NCBI GenBank assembly: GCA_043228905.1
Contig: JBHGNT010000006.1
Location: 3,410,001 to 3,474,000 of the forward strand
Length of the DNA stretch: 64,000 nucleotides
Direction: 5' to 3'
Source: Azolla caroliniana
Lineage: Eukaryota > Plantae > Polypodiophyta
Below the pieces are notes generated by a model, which worked only from the letters and a program-made list of their open reading frames with translations, made no database searches and had not been told where the DNA came from. Both the position numbers and the translations under genes were made by a program. Positions 51,968-64,000 of this stretch are shown in pieces (position 1 is the stretch's first letter; each line of letters begins with the position of its first letter).

Positions 51968-52220
51968 AAAAAGAAGAAGAAGAAGAAGAAGAAAAGACAT
52001 AGTGAAGGGATAGCTCGTAGGGAGTTGAAACGATGCACATGGCAGCCGAAGAGAATGTTAGAATGGGATACGTTGGCTACTCTTCTCCATGCTTCTCGAT
52101 AAACCTAGCTTCTTGATTGCGACACAAAAGAAGAAGCAGAAGACGCATAGTGAAGGGATAACTCGTAGGGAGTTGAAACGATGCACGTGGTAACTGAAGA
52201 GAATGTTAGAATGGGATCCA
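51915..52220. repeat. Tandem duplication with a (GAA)n expansion in one copy
   Basis: 'catagtgaagggata.ctcgtagggagttgaaacgatgcac.tgg...gaagagaatgttagaatgggat' at ~51997 and ~52146. Copy 1 is preceded by ~19 GAA units, copy 2 by only a few. Confidence 0.8.
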
Positions 52221-53579
52221 CTGGCTTGCTCTTCTCCCCTTGGCTTCCTTTTCTACTCCCTTTGATGTGGAGGAGACCTTTGGGTATGTGGACATCTCTT
52301 CGGCATATTGATGCTTGATGGATAAAGGCCCAATGCACATGGCTTCAAATGATGGCAAATTGCTTAGAACCTCGAGTCAATACAATGAAACAAAACCTTC
52401 TTGAGGCTAAAAAGGAATCCTGCTCGCAAAAAATAACAAAAAACTAGTCAATTAGTTCCTACCATGTCCCTTGTTAATGAAAATGTGACCTAAGTTCATA
52501 GGAACTCATGATATAGATGGTGGACATGTGGAAGGGAATGGGAATGGCCCTAACTTGTATGGGGTGATTGCATTTTTCTTGTTTGAAGAATAATATAATC
52601 TCGTATTTTGGTGAATGCTTTGTAAGTATAATGTGCCAATTGTTTTACTTGCTTCACACAAAAATGAACATCAAAATCAAATGCCATCAAGTTCATGATC
52701 TCCATCATCCTTCCAATACCCCCCACCGCTCACGATCATAAACTTTTGATGATACCCTATATTGATATCCATGTGCATACAAGGCTACACCAATTTAAAC
52801 ACGCTTGAGCATCTCTATTCTTGCAAAAGTGATTATGCACTTGTCCATCTATACCATAAAAGGAAAAGGTAAGTGTAGTATAAAGAGTGAAGTGAGAGAA
52901 GATTGTGAGAAAGAATAGACATGCACAAATAGAAAGAAGAAGAAGAAGAAACCAGGAAAGTCAAATGTTGAGATGACCAAAGGTTTATTCTTCTCTTGGA
53001 ATATGATCCCCCCACCCGACCAATAATAACCTTTCATTGTCATCGTGCAAGGTAGTTTACATGTATCGCCAACAAGGAAATAGTTTTAAATGTAGAATTC
53101 TCTATCAATTATGCTATCACAAACCTTCATTATAATTCCAATCCTTGCATGCATGACAAAAGTTGTGGCTAATGAGTTGATTATATAGTAACCAATAAAT
53201 GTGCACATCTACAATAAACTTGGACGCTCGTTGAAGATTATGCAATTATGCACAACGACATGATCCAATCAATGATCATTGACCTTTTGTACATGGCATT
53301 TTGAATGTATTACACAATAAAGTTTGTATTTAGATTTTCTGAAAGTGTTATGTATTTCGTCATCTCTTTTCAAATGTTATGATAAGTTAAATAACATATC
53401 ATAATTAGCATTAAACAATTTAATGTGATGGCTAGTAGTAGAGTTTAGGTGTCATAGCCTGTAAATTACACTTAACTATATGTTCCGTTAATAAACAAGT
53501 AAATTGCTTCTAGCTAAGGAAGATAAGATTTGGGTCCTTGACCTTGATCCTAATGATGTTCATCCATGGTGGGATCTAT

Positions 53580-54480
53580 GGGTAATGGGGAAAAAACCAT
53601 TATGTGAATTGGAATGGGACCCAAGGGAATGGAAGTGGCTACCTAATCAAAAATCTAGGTAGGATGGTAGGCCGAGTCCATTTTTTGAATATTCCGTTCG
53701 ATTGGGAAGGGAGATTATATGACGTAGGGTACCCCATTGGCTACAACAACTATAACATGGTTAACTTATAATGTTGATCCTACTCACATGACAACATTTT
53801 GGAAATGGCTATGGGTATGCAAATTCCAAAGAAGATTATTCTATTTAGATGGTTGATTGTTCATTATGCGGTAGTTCCTATTAGGGTTTAGATGTATTGT
53901 AAAGACGTGGATAAGATGTGTGGTTTTTGTGGGTTAGAAGTGGAGTCTCTTCATCACCTATTCTGGTGATGTATGGCTGCCAAATTGGTTTGGAATAGGT
54001 TTCATGCTACGTCTCTTGCATGAGGTGCATGGCTCTAGAGTATATAAATGGGGGGCAGTGATTGTGAGCTTATATTAAGGGTGAGATACAAGATTATGAA
54101 AAAAAGGAGGTAAAGTTTGCAATGTATACAAGAGGTCGATATGTTGAGGAAGTGTCGCCATTATTGCCTATTAATTCAGTCCAGAATGGAGTGGTTTGGG
54201 AGACGATGAGTTCAATAACCTTATGGATTTTGTGGACTAGTAGATGTCGAAGATATTTTAGCAAAATCAATGGAATGTTGTGGATGTAGTCAAGGAGATT
54301 TGGATGACCTTGGTGCATGCAATAGAAGGAGAATATGATGCTATCAAAGGTGATTCAGATGTAGTCTTTCGAAATCAATAAGTTTTTAAGAGGAGATGGG
54401 GAAGGATGAAGGTATTCTGTATGGTTAATGGTTGTATACGTTGGAGGTATTAGCCACCACTATGGGTATTTCCTCCATCG
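53580..54480 (+). mobile_element. Degenerate L1-type LINE 3' fragment (zf-RVT region)
   Basis: Frameshifted translation FWKWLW..IPKKIILFRWLIVH...DKMCGFCGLEVESLHHLFW*CMAAKLVWNR, later LWILWTSRCRR. This is the CCHC zf-RVT pattern of plant LINE ORF2. Confidence 0.78.
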
Positions 54481-56423
54481 ACATGAGGCATGTGGCCATG
54501 TATAACTGTTATTACTAATGCTTTGGGACATATGTAAGTCTATAGCAGTCCAAGAACAGTTGAAAAGATAAAAATCTATACTGAAATTTCATGTAAATCA
54601 CTTTAAACATAATATAAACCATTGTTGGAAAAAAACAAGTAAATTGCTTAGGGCACCCAACGTGGTATAATATAGCTAGGTGCCATGAACTTCTCATTAA
54701 TTCATGGGAGATGCATGTGATATTATGGCATGCACATTCAACTATTTCTAAACCGAGGGATAAGCTGTCAAGGTTAGGAGATGCCTCCATAAATCCACTT
54801 GATCTTGTACATAATCAAAGTTCAGAGGCTTCATTCGGGTTTTTTATTGCCAAACAAGAATGTGAAGAGATAGAGGATATCATAATGTAATGCAACTATT
54901 GTGAATGGCATACATATTGTTTCATTCGGAGCATAAAGAACTCGCCCTTTTCTTTAAGAACGCCCACCAAATTTCTAGTTGAATACAAACATTTGGAACA
55001 TGGAGAAACGTTTACATCATCAATGAAATTGAATCGATCTTTATTACTTTTTAGTCATGGTCAAAATGTTCGTGATGTTTTACATAACTAATACAATCCT
55101 TTGACTTTCTACACAACATTCATACATCTTTATATATATGCCGGTTCTTGATCATTTTGTAATGAAGTTCGTAAAAAATGTGGGTTTGTATATAAGTACA
55201 CAATTACACCATTTTGTGTACATTGACAATAATAATGTATACAATTTGTTTCCATACAACTAATTTGTATGTGCTTAACACATTACGCAAAGAAACACTA
55301 AAGGATACATGGGATGCTTCTCTATTGTAATAACATACACCAAAGATTAATATAGATAGGAACCACTTAGACTACAACCAAATAGTTATTGCAAACGTCG
55401 ATTATTATTTTGACATTGTTTGTGCTAGAACCATGTTGTTGCAATTAAGGAATGTCCAGTACAAAGGCGAATCTTGGAAACTAAAATTAAAATTGAAATG
55501 TGTTTTTATAACATAAAGTGATGCTTTATACCAACATTGATAAGAAATACAATGCTTGTCAATATATGCTTTATCATGAAACATAGGGCGTCTATGTTGA
55601 CAAGTCCATGAATAATCACTTTTTTCATGCACAGTATCTTTGAATGTCAATGCAGAAAAAGGAAAATGATAATGCCCCTCTATTCTTGCATTATTCCAAT
55701 AAAACAACTCATCAGGTAACGACGACACTTCCCAGTCATTGAGAATATCATGGCTTACAACAATAAGCTATGAAGTTTGACAAACATACAAGATCCTCAT
55801 GTCTTTTGGGATAGTCACGTGTGAACAATGAATTGTGATTCGTTTCATTTCACTTTGTTGTAAGCAAAAGCCAAATCTTATCTATAATTGTGTTAATCGT
55901 TTTGCTTTTATTTAAGCAAAAGCCAAAATAGTTTGTTAACCCAAACATCTCGAGCTCCTTTAATATATAGTTTTGCTAAGGATAAGATTGTAGGTGGAAA
56001 TGATATACAAAACATATCACTATATCACATCAAACTATGATGTGATATGGAAGATCCTCCATAAAATGTTCAGACATAATGAATAAAAGGATATGGCTAC
56101 ACCCAAATGCCAAGAGGTGTTATGAAGAGGATCCACCTTTTACATCCACACGTAAGTTTGAGCATATTTGTTACACACGTTTTAACTCTCCAAATGTGGT
56201 CGCATATGTTTTTAGGTAGAAATATTCTTCTCATACCATAAAGAAATTTACATGGTTTTCTTATAAGTTATAACAGTAATTGGATTGTCTAATAACAGAC
56301 ACGAGGATTATTCCAATAGAGTATAGATCAACCCATTAAAGATATGCACATTTAGGTACACCACAATTCATGACACTCATCACTTGATATATCATAGATA
56401 TGTCATCATGAAACAATCATACC

Positions 56424-56426
<3 letters not shown>

Positions 56427-56493
<67 letters not shown>
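56427..56493. repeat. (TA)n(GA)n compound microsatellite
   Basis: Direct observation. Confidence 0.95.
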
Positions 56494-56496
<3 letters not shown>

Positions 56497-59396
56497 GCTA
56501 ATGTGCCTACACCACACAAATTAGAGTCGATTAAGGTGGCTTGCTTGTCCATATCCTTTGGCTCAATATATATCATAGATACTAGCTAATCCATTACTAT
56601 AGCTAAATCTATGTATATTCAACATACCAACCACAATTGTAAAAAGATTACAATATCCATGGTATAGCCATGTCCTTCTTTCCTTAAGCACAATTATAAC
56701 TATAATTGAAGTGAGATGTGCTTATTTCTCCACGTCACGCAATAACTAGAAAATACTAGAATTTAGGGACAATGGAATAGTTAGCATAGTATATGGTATG
56801 GTAATTAAATGCATAGTGGCTAACAAACTTGATCAACTAAATCAAACCCATGTTCGTCTTTCTCACAATAACGAGGCATAGACACCGCACATATGTTATT
56901 GTGTATGGATATGAAGGAATCCTTAATTAAGTGAAATGGTTTTAAAGCTTTCATCCTTTTCTAATGCTATACTCTAATGTTTAATACAATCTTGACTAGA
57001 TTCCTAACAGGCGTCATATTTTAGGCATACATAAGCACATTTTACATGGCATTTTTCTTTTTGTGATTGTATGTCAAATCATTCCCATAAAAACATTATT
57101 AAACGTGAGATCAAATACTTGCAATATACAAATCCAACAAGCCAAGAAAAGTAGTTTATATGTTTTTTTTCAATGACTACATTGATGCCTCGAAGTATGT
57201 TGTAAACGAAATGTAGACACTTTTTCAATGGAAGTAGAGTTGTGTTGCAAAGTATTTGCCTCGTGTTCAAAAACTCTTACCCAAACACTTAACTTGTTTA
57301 CCACATGTTACAAACCCATTAAAGCCTCAAACTTATTGTCAATTCAACTTGTTTAATATTTTATACTCTTGAATGCATAATGTTTTCATCAAATTCCAAA
57401 TCTTGAATCTACTTAAATTTTTTAGAGTTGATTGTAAGAAATTTCTTAATAAAGGCACCATTTGTTCGCAGACGTGGGGAAAGTTAATAAAGCTCTCATA
57501 ATCTATCTATCTAGTATCTACTTAACCTTAGCCTACAAATTTGATGCAATAGTTATCTAATCAATGCTTAATTTTTATGCTGAACAACATTCTTTATCTG
57601 ACCAAAACAGAGATCACGTGTTAAATAGATATCAAGTAACCAAAACCAAATGTCATTATATAGCATTTAGAAAGCCAAATTGTCCAGAACAATACACGCT
57701 TATTAGCGAACCATGATTTTAATGGTGAGATATATCAAGGTAAAGTAAAAACCCACAATGAGCATCTACACTACATTAAATTTAGAACCATTCAAAAAGT
57801 AGGGCATACATGTGCTCATCATTGTCACAAGAGACAAAATAAAGATAAAGAAATTATGGAGATAGACACACATATATGTACATGCTTTTCTTACCAATAC
57901 CTCATATTACACGTGGGAAACATAGTAATGAAGTAAAAACCCACAATAAAAAAGTATACAATCAATGATACTAACAATAATAAAAAAAGAGGGCAAAGGG
58001 AGAAACATATACATACTTTTTTTTTTTTTTCCAAAAAAACACTACTTCGCATTAGTTAGCAAACAAAATTACATCATAGAACACCCAAAGTTCTTCTCAC
58101 CATCCCTCACTCTGGCCTTCCCACCAAAGTGGACATAGTCCCCACCTCATTTTCAACAAACGTATCCAAACAACTCCAATAACCTAATAATTTGTACCAT
58201 ATCTATACAGATTTACAACACCTAGACGCTGTTGGAAACCTTGTGGTGAGGAGAAACATATACATACTTATTACATGGAGGAAACCTTGTGGTGAGGAGA
58301 AAACCCAAAAGGTATGGATACATGGCAAGGATTTAAGATTCTCGTATACTCAATAAGCTTACAAACAATCACACAAATATGTAGATCTCTATCCTTGGCC
58401 AAATAGTTGTTTGGGTGTAAACTAGTACTTGCATTTTATCATTTCTAATATCCAATATTGAAGAACAAATAAAGGAGCAACACTTGAAGAGGACCAAAAA
58501 GAGGGTCAAGGAGAAGGGATCACACCAAGGAAGCCCTCACTCCCCATGAATATAGATTGGTGCAAGCTTCTATGCCAAAACATATAGGATGTTCCATAAA
58601 TCCCAACATTCCCCCCTCTTGTATATAATGTTGATTTCTGCATGATATATAGTTATTGTTGATCTAGTCATTTTAATCATAGCATATAATCATTCCCCGA
58701 TTTTGCTAATATAGATGTCATTGGTATCCTCTCTCTCTCTCTCTCATACACACACACACATTCTCATGAAAACACACAATTATACTAACAATGTGTGTGA
58801 AAATTTGATCTTAATTACACAAGTATGCTCTTCAACTAGTTTATTTTGGATTTGTGCTATGCATGGTGGAATTGCATTAAATGACGCACTATATGTGAGT
58901 GGCAATTATGAATAATGAAATGCTCTACAATTATGGATGTTGATCGGTCTAGTGGTTTAACATATCCCCATTCAACATCAAGCTTCATGTTCTTTATCGA
59001 AGCATCACCATATCCTAGAGTAGTAAGATGCAACTTATGATGGCTTTATCAAGCACAAACGTAGATTATCAAGGCACAATCATTATTGCATATGAAGACT
59101 TCACCCTCCATTTGAATGAGCTTGGTGGTCCATGTGTGCAAGAGATGGATTGTGGAAAGAGATGTTGAACCCCACCATATTTGCATTGATTTCCAGTGAA
59201 ATATATATTTACCACAACACTTCACGCATAAAACCTTGGACAATTATAAATGGTGGCTGGTCTACATTTGCTTGACCTTCATGTGGAGTATAAAAACCTG
59301 TAAAGAACTTGATAGTCCAATACACTTCAAGCTTAAAGGGGCATGTCAAAATATCAAGCTCAACTACATATGTGTGAACATAAGTATATGCTACCC

Positions 59397-59855
59397 TTAC
59401 CCGTGATGTGTTGGTGTAATGGTAATGGGGGGACACTCCAACCGCTACCCTTACCCGTGATGTGTTGGAGGTTCGAGTCTCCTCGCACCAACATACATGT
59501 GGTACCTAAAAAGGGTGGTTTGTGCTCGTAAGTGACGACGACGCAAAATGGTGATAGTGAAGGGCGGTTTGTGCCCGTAAGTGACGACGACGAAGATGGT
59601 GACGGTGACAACAATGACGGTTTCGACGATGAAGAAGGTAAAATGTAGCCTGTCTACAAGTTGCATGATGGAACGTGGTGCGAGTCTCATCATATCCTAG
59701 AGGTCATCCTGTGCATGTATCTCACTCGTACCATTCGGTACACCCTCGATGGACTATGTACTGTTAATAAAACATGACTTCGTGTGAGTTGTAGCCTTCG
59801 GGCGAGCCAAGGATAAAAAATACTAAAGTAGTATAAAAAAAAACAAAAAAAGAAG
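59397..59855 (+). mobile_element. tRNA-derived SINE with A-rich tail
   Basis: A-box-like TGGTGTAATGG (~59412), B-box GGTTCGAGTC (~59470), and GTTGGTG...CACCAAC pairing. The A-rich 3' tail spans ~59815-59855. A perfect 15-bp flanking direct repeat AAGTATATGCTACCC lies at 59382-59396 and 59856-59870. Confidence 0.8.
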
Positions 59856-60022
59856 AAGTATATGCTACCCGAATCCATGATAAAAAGTAGTGAGAAGTTA
59901 TTGTTGTTACTAACTAAAGCAACCTTGTCCCCCTTTAACTAGTGAATTCATTATGTAATCCCTTGTTTTAATATATTTCATCTATCTTTTGGTTTTAATG
60001 TATTGATTTGTCTCTTGCACGA

Positions 60023-60053
<31 letters not shown>

Positions 60054-60152
60054 TTAGCTTAATAACACTACAAGCACTGCGTCTTGGGTTCAAATGAGAA
60101 TCCAATTTTCTCACTTCTCTCTATTATATACTTCATATATATCTCTTAATTC

Positions 60153-60223
60153 ACTAGATGCCATTGTGGAATGTAGGGGTTGAACCCATGACCACCTTGT
60201 CTCCATTGGGCAACCTTACTGGG
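60153..60223 (-). repeat. Short dispersed repeat; copy 2 (see 37969)
   Basis: Minus strand reads ...ggtcatGGGTTCAACCCCtacattccacaatggcatCTAGt. Like copy 1, it is adjacent to (CT)n. Confidence 0.6.
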
Positions 60224-60248
60224 CTCTCTCTCTCTCTCTCTCTCTCAT

Positions 60249-60281
<33 letters not shown>

Positions 60282-60399
60282 GTGGAGGCTCATGCTTTAC
60301 AAACTATACTACATGTGCTACACCTGACAACAAAACCATATTCTTTGTTGAACAAGGAAACCGCAAGCACTGATATATGTTAGATACCATCCCTTTGTC

Positions 60400-61700
60400 C
60401 AACATCCGAACCATTGTTTCCATACTACTCGGTTCACATTCCCTTCAAAGTGAGACAAGATGATGAGACATAGGTGACGAGAAAAGTTTTGAGTATCACA
60501 ATTTGATACAATACTTGCCTTTGATCACATCCAACTATGTTTTTCATAAATCTTTGGCCCAACCCAATCCTTACATGAATTTCTCTCACATTCACAAAGT
60601 GTAGTCTCAATCACAACATTCATAAGTAATGTTCTTGAAATTGAGAGTCTATACTCATTCTATAACATTTTGATCTTATAGGTGACCTTGAAGATTATGA
60701 TAATCTTCCTATGTAGGTGTATTTCTTTATCGTACAAGAGGCATATAGCCAATTTTATACAACATGTCAACTTCCCCACAACCTTGTTGCATTTCCTTAT
60801 TCAGTTTAACTCTTGTGCCACCTCCCAAACCAGGTAGAGGAAGTAGACTAAAAAGCCTTCCTAAAGTGTAGAATCAAGTTATCCCTCCACAAATACATGA
60901 TCTTGATGGACTTTACCTCCAGTATCCTTGATGGAACGGTTTTGAATTTGAACCACAACCATCAATGAATCCTCAAATGATGCATAAAGTAGCCCAAATA
61001 TCCTCATGAATGAACAATTGTTCTGCCATATTATGCAATTCACTACCCACCTTTACAATAAACATTCCTCAGTGGACTACCTTTGGTGATCGGCATGTGC
61101 CACATTCGACTTTAGCCTTATACCAACAAATAGTTGTGAGTACAACAAGTGACTTGGACAATGGCTTTGGAGTACTCGCTCGCAATTAACCATATTATCG
61201 TGCAATCACTTCAACAAGGAGAATCTATTTGTTAGTGCCAATATTCTCCTCAATGACGCCCTCGTACCTACCTAGGGCTCAATATTCCCAAATTCACAGC
61301 TTGTCACAGTCGTTGGTAGTGATGGTCTTTCCACCTCCAAACGATCATCAAAGCCATAAATGAAGAGAACCCAAGTTTGATCCTTGCCATGGGCTAGGCC
61401 TCATCTCACACTAGATAGTATTGGGTTGGTTTGATTTGTAAGTGCTAAAGTCTAGAATCATTAGGAAACTCTTGGCCCTTGAACAATGGAGTGAGCCAAC
61501 ACATAAAGAAAATTATGGACATTATTATGGGAACCAAAATCAACATTGATGTGATAAATATTTGGGCCATTCCCTTTGAATGAACATTACACCATATTTC
61601 CTTGCAATGGGACATTGCAACTACAAAAGATTCATTATCGAAATCTAGTTAGGTGTCCAATAATATATCGATTGATCGAGATGATGGTGTGACCAAGTAT
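60400..61700 (-). mobile_element. Highly decayed hAT-like transposase relic
   Basis: Minus-strand fragments occur in hAT order: DNMVNC (~61190, cf. DNAANC), TCCTHN (cf. CxxH) and TLCECERNS (~60590, cf. dimerisation motif SSGCERNWS). Many stops and frameshifts. Confidence 0.45.
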
Positions 61701-63656
61701 GCACATATGATGGGAAAGTTGTTTGATGTAAAGTATTTTTGAAGAATTATAATACTCGTATTTATTTATTAATGAATTATGTATGATCAATGAATAATTT
61801 TTACTAATCTAGTTCATATACATGTGATTAAATCCAACAAGATATGCTTGACATTTGGTGAGTGCATGTACTCTTCAATTTCTTCTTTGAGACCACATAA
61901 CATGCATGCAACATGCATAAGGTAGAGTCCACTTGTAGAAAATAATCTCTAAGTTCTTTCACAAGTTTGCTAATGATTGCAAGCACTTCGCAAACTTGTG
62001 CTTGCATGAGCTACCAATGTATGCATATTCCATGACCCTATGCATAGATACAGAGCTGTTTGTCCCAATGGTTTATATTAATCTCTTTCCAAACATTGGT
62101 AAGAGTTCATTCATCTATATATCTATGGCCAACAGCAGGAAATGCATATCTACCTCAGTTTCAAAAGTGAATACCAATTGGATAAACAATGCCCATGATA
62201 GTCAAATCTATAAACCAAAACTTATCCAAAATTACATTCTTAAGCAAATATCAACTTCACGCAATAAATACAATAGTTCTAGAGAAAACAATGAAACTAG
62301 AGGGGTTACCTCACAGGTGGATTGGATTGGTATCGTCACAAAATTTCCCCAATGATCTATTCAAACAATATTTAGACAAGATGAGTTAAGCGTGGTAGCC
62401 ATTGTTAACAATCAAATGATGCCATAACTATATTCACATACTAGAACCACTCAAGTGAGTTTAGAGCAAAACAACTTATGAAGTAGTGCTAAAAAAGAAA
62501 AAAGAAGAAAAAAAAACCATGTATTGAGGTACAGTAAGGGAAACTGACTAAGAAAAATGTACAGTGGCTACATGCAATTCTTGCTATTTATAACAGTTTG
62601 TCATAGCCAGCAAGTGTTCGCAGTTCCAAATACTGTTATGAATAAACACCTGAAGTACTGACATCTCGACACAACATTCATAAATTCAATTATTATCTCT
62701 ATTTCAGCATCCTGTTAATACAAACATGGTCACAAACACTGGACCATAACTATTGTTGCTATATAATTAAGCATTATAGCTAAAAAACACTCCATCGTCA
62801 AAAACCCGTTGCAATGGATGACATTGCATCTATTACATCTGTCATACTTGAAAATACATCTGTCACTCGAAAAATGCATAAATCTCACAATACCAATTGA
62901 TTCTACATTATAAAGTACACCAAAATAATCGAGGTTTGTTTTTGTTGGGCATATGGATTCTAAACATAGTGATAAAATCTCCAAGAAAAACATTATGGCC
63001 CAAATAAATTTAAGAAAACTCTTAATGGACAGAACACTAACGATCTAAACCCCTCATTTAATTGCATAGCTAAACAGCCCATCCAAACCTTGACAAAAGC
63101 TATTGATACCTCAACCTGAATGTGCATCAAGAAATGTCATATAGCTGGTGTTGATGTGTTTCCTGAAGATGCAAGAATTCAATCAAGAACGAAGATCGTG
63201 GTTACTTTTCTACCGGATCATTCAAATAAATCCCAGCACACTTTAGTAGCCAAACACTTACCAATCGACATTTCTGCACAAATCACAAATTAACCCTAAA
63301 GAATCCCTGTGTTAGCCACGAATGTGTGCATATTTTAGGTTAATTTCCCATATCTGTAATATGGAGAGGGAGGCTGAAAAAACTATCAAGTCGAGCATAC
63401 ATTGCTCAGACAAACCGAAGTTCTAAAGCCATTTGAATAGTTACACAACTTGCCAAGTATGTAGAATAAGGGGTCAACAAGATATCACTCTCACAATCCT
63501 TCCTAGTGACAAGCGGAGAAAGGATGCGTTTATCTTCTACTCCCCTTGAATCCTCCTACAAGATAAAAGATGTTTAAGGGTGAAATCCACCATAATTTAA
63601 GACACAAAAACGCCAATGTGATCAATGACAGTAACACATGATAGATAACTCACCTG

Positions 63657-64000
63657 TTATACTTCGGTTATGGCTGTCTCTGAGCGGCATTTGGCATGCA
63701 CAATTGGGCCATGCGTCAAGGGATCCACGCCATCCATAATATCATCACCATCACCATTGCCACCATCATCACGAGAATCATTCATGTAGACAGCTCCCCT
63801 ATACATCCACTCCTCTGTCTCATCACTATAAAAATCTTCGAAAGGCTCACCACACAAGAAACAAGTGATCTGGTTCTCATCCGCAGGGACAGCCACCATG
63901 ACCTCATCATCAGGTTTCACCAACACTTCCTCACTAAAGAAAGCTGGTGCAGCCTCAGCTGCTGTTGCTGCCGCTGCCTCTGTGCCTGTGAGCCATTCCT
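63657..64000 (-). CDS. PCFS4: PCF11-similar polyadenylation/cleavage factor (PCFS4-like), C-terminal zinc-finger exon; gene continues beyond the window
   Basis: EWLTGTEA...[35 protein letters not shown]...[11 protein letters not shown] matches the C-terminal C2HC zinc finger of plant PCFS4/PCF11. Confidence 0.88.
   Translation of the reverse strand, partial: EWLTGTEAAAATAAEAAPAFFSEEVLVKPDDEVMVAVPADENQITCFLCGEPFEDFYSDETEEWMYRGAVYMNDSRDDGGNGDGDDIMDGVDPLTHGPIVHAKCRSETAITEV

Noticed and set aside
51633-52102. ORFs with poly-K, poly-R or poly-F tracts
   Set aside because: Translations of a (GAA)n microsatellite upstream of FAB1.
55405-55728. 107-aa minus-strand ORF
   Set aside because: Non-ATG start, no recognisable domain or exon context. 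At most a pseudogene fragment.
59408-59492. Functional tRNA gene
   Set aside because: No proper anticodon arm, and it is embedded in an element with an A-tail and TSD, so it is called a SINE.

Overview
Eukaryotic plant nuclear DNA with spliceosomal introns and many (GA)n/(CA)n microsatellites. The style of the PLS-PPR gene suggests a fern or other seed-free vascular plant (inference). Six host genes are present: a WEB/ICR-like coiled-coil protein (+), an E-class PLS-PPR editing factor (-), plastid ribosomal protein L17 (+), a NACK/kinesin-7 (-), the FAB1/PIKfyve PI3P 5-kinase (-) and the 3' end of PCFS4/PCF11 (-). The most notable feature is a ~6.1-kb Mutator-like DNA transposon (~20898-26978) with ~60-100 bp TIRs, internal hairpins and subterminal repeats. 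It carries an apparently intact 6-exon gene for a C2H2-zinc-finger plus Ulp1/SENP-type SUMO protease, a 5'-truncated MULE-SWIM transposase, and possibly the remnant of a third, convergent gene. It sits ~130 bp upstream of the RPL17 start codon. Also found: a Mu-type MITE with a 9-bp TSD, a tRNA-derived SINE with a 15-bp TSD and a template-jump scar, LINE and hAT relics, several 120-180 bp tandem duplications (one duplicates a splice acceptor), degenerate intronic minisatellites and a dense G-box/ABRE cluster. Exon coordinates were derived by hand from GT/GC-AG sites and frame continuity.
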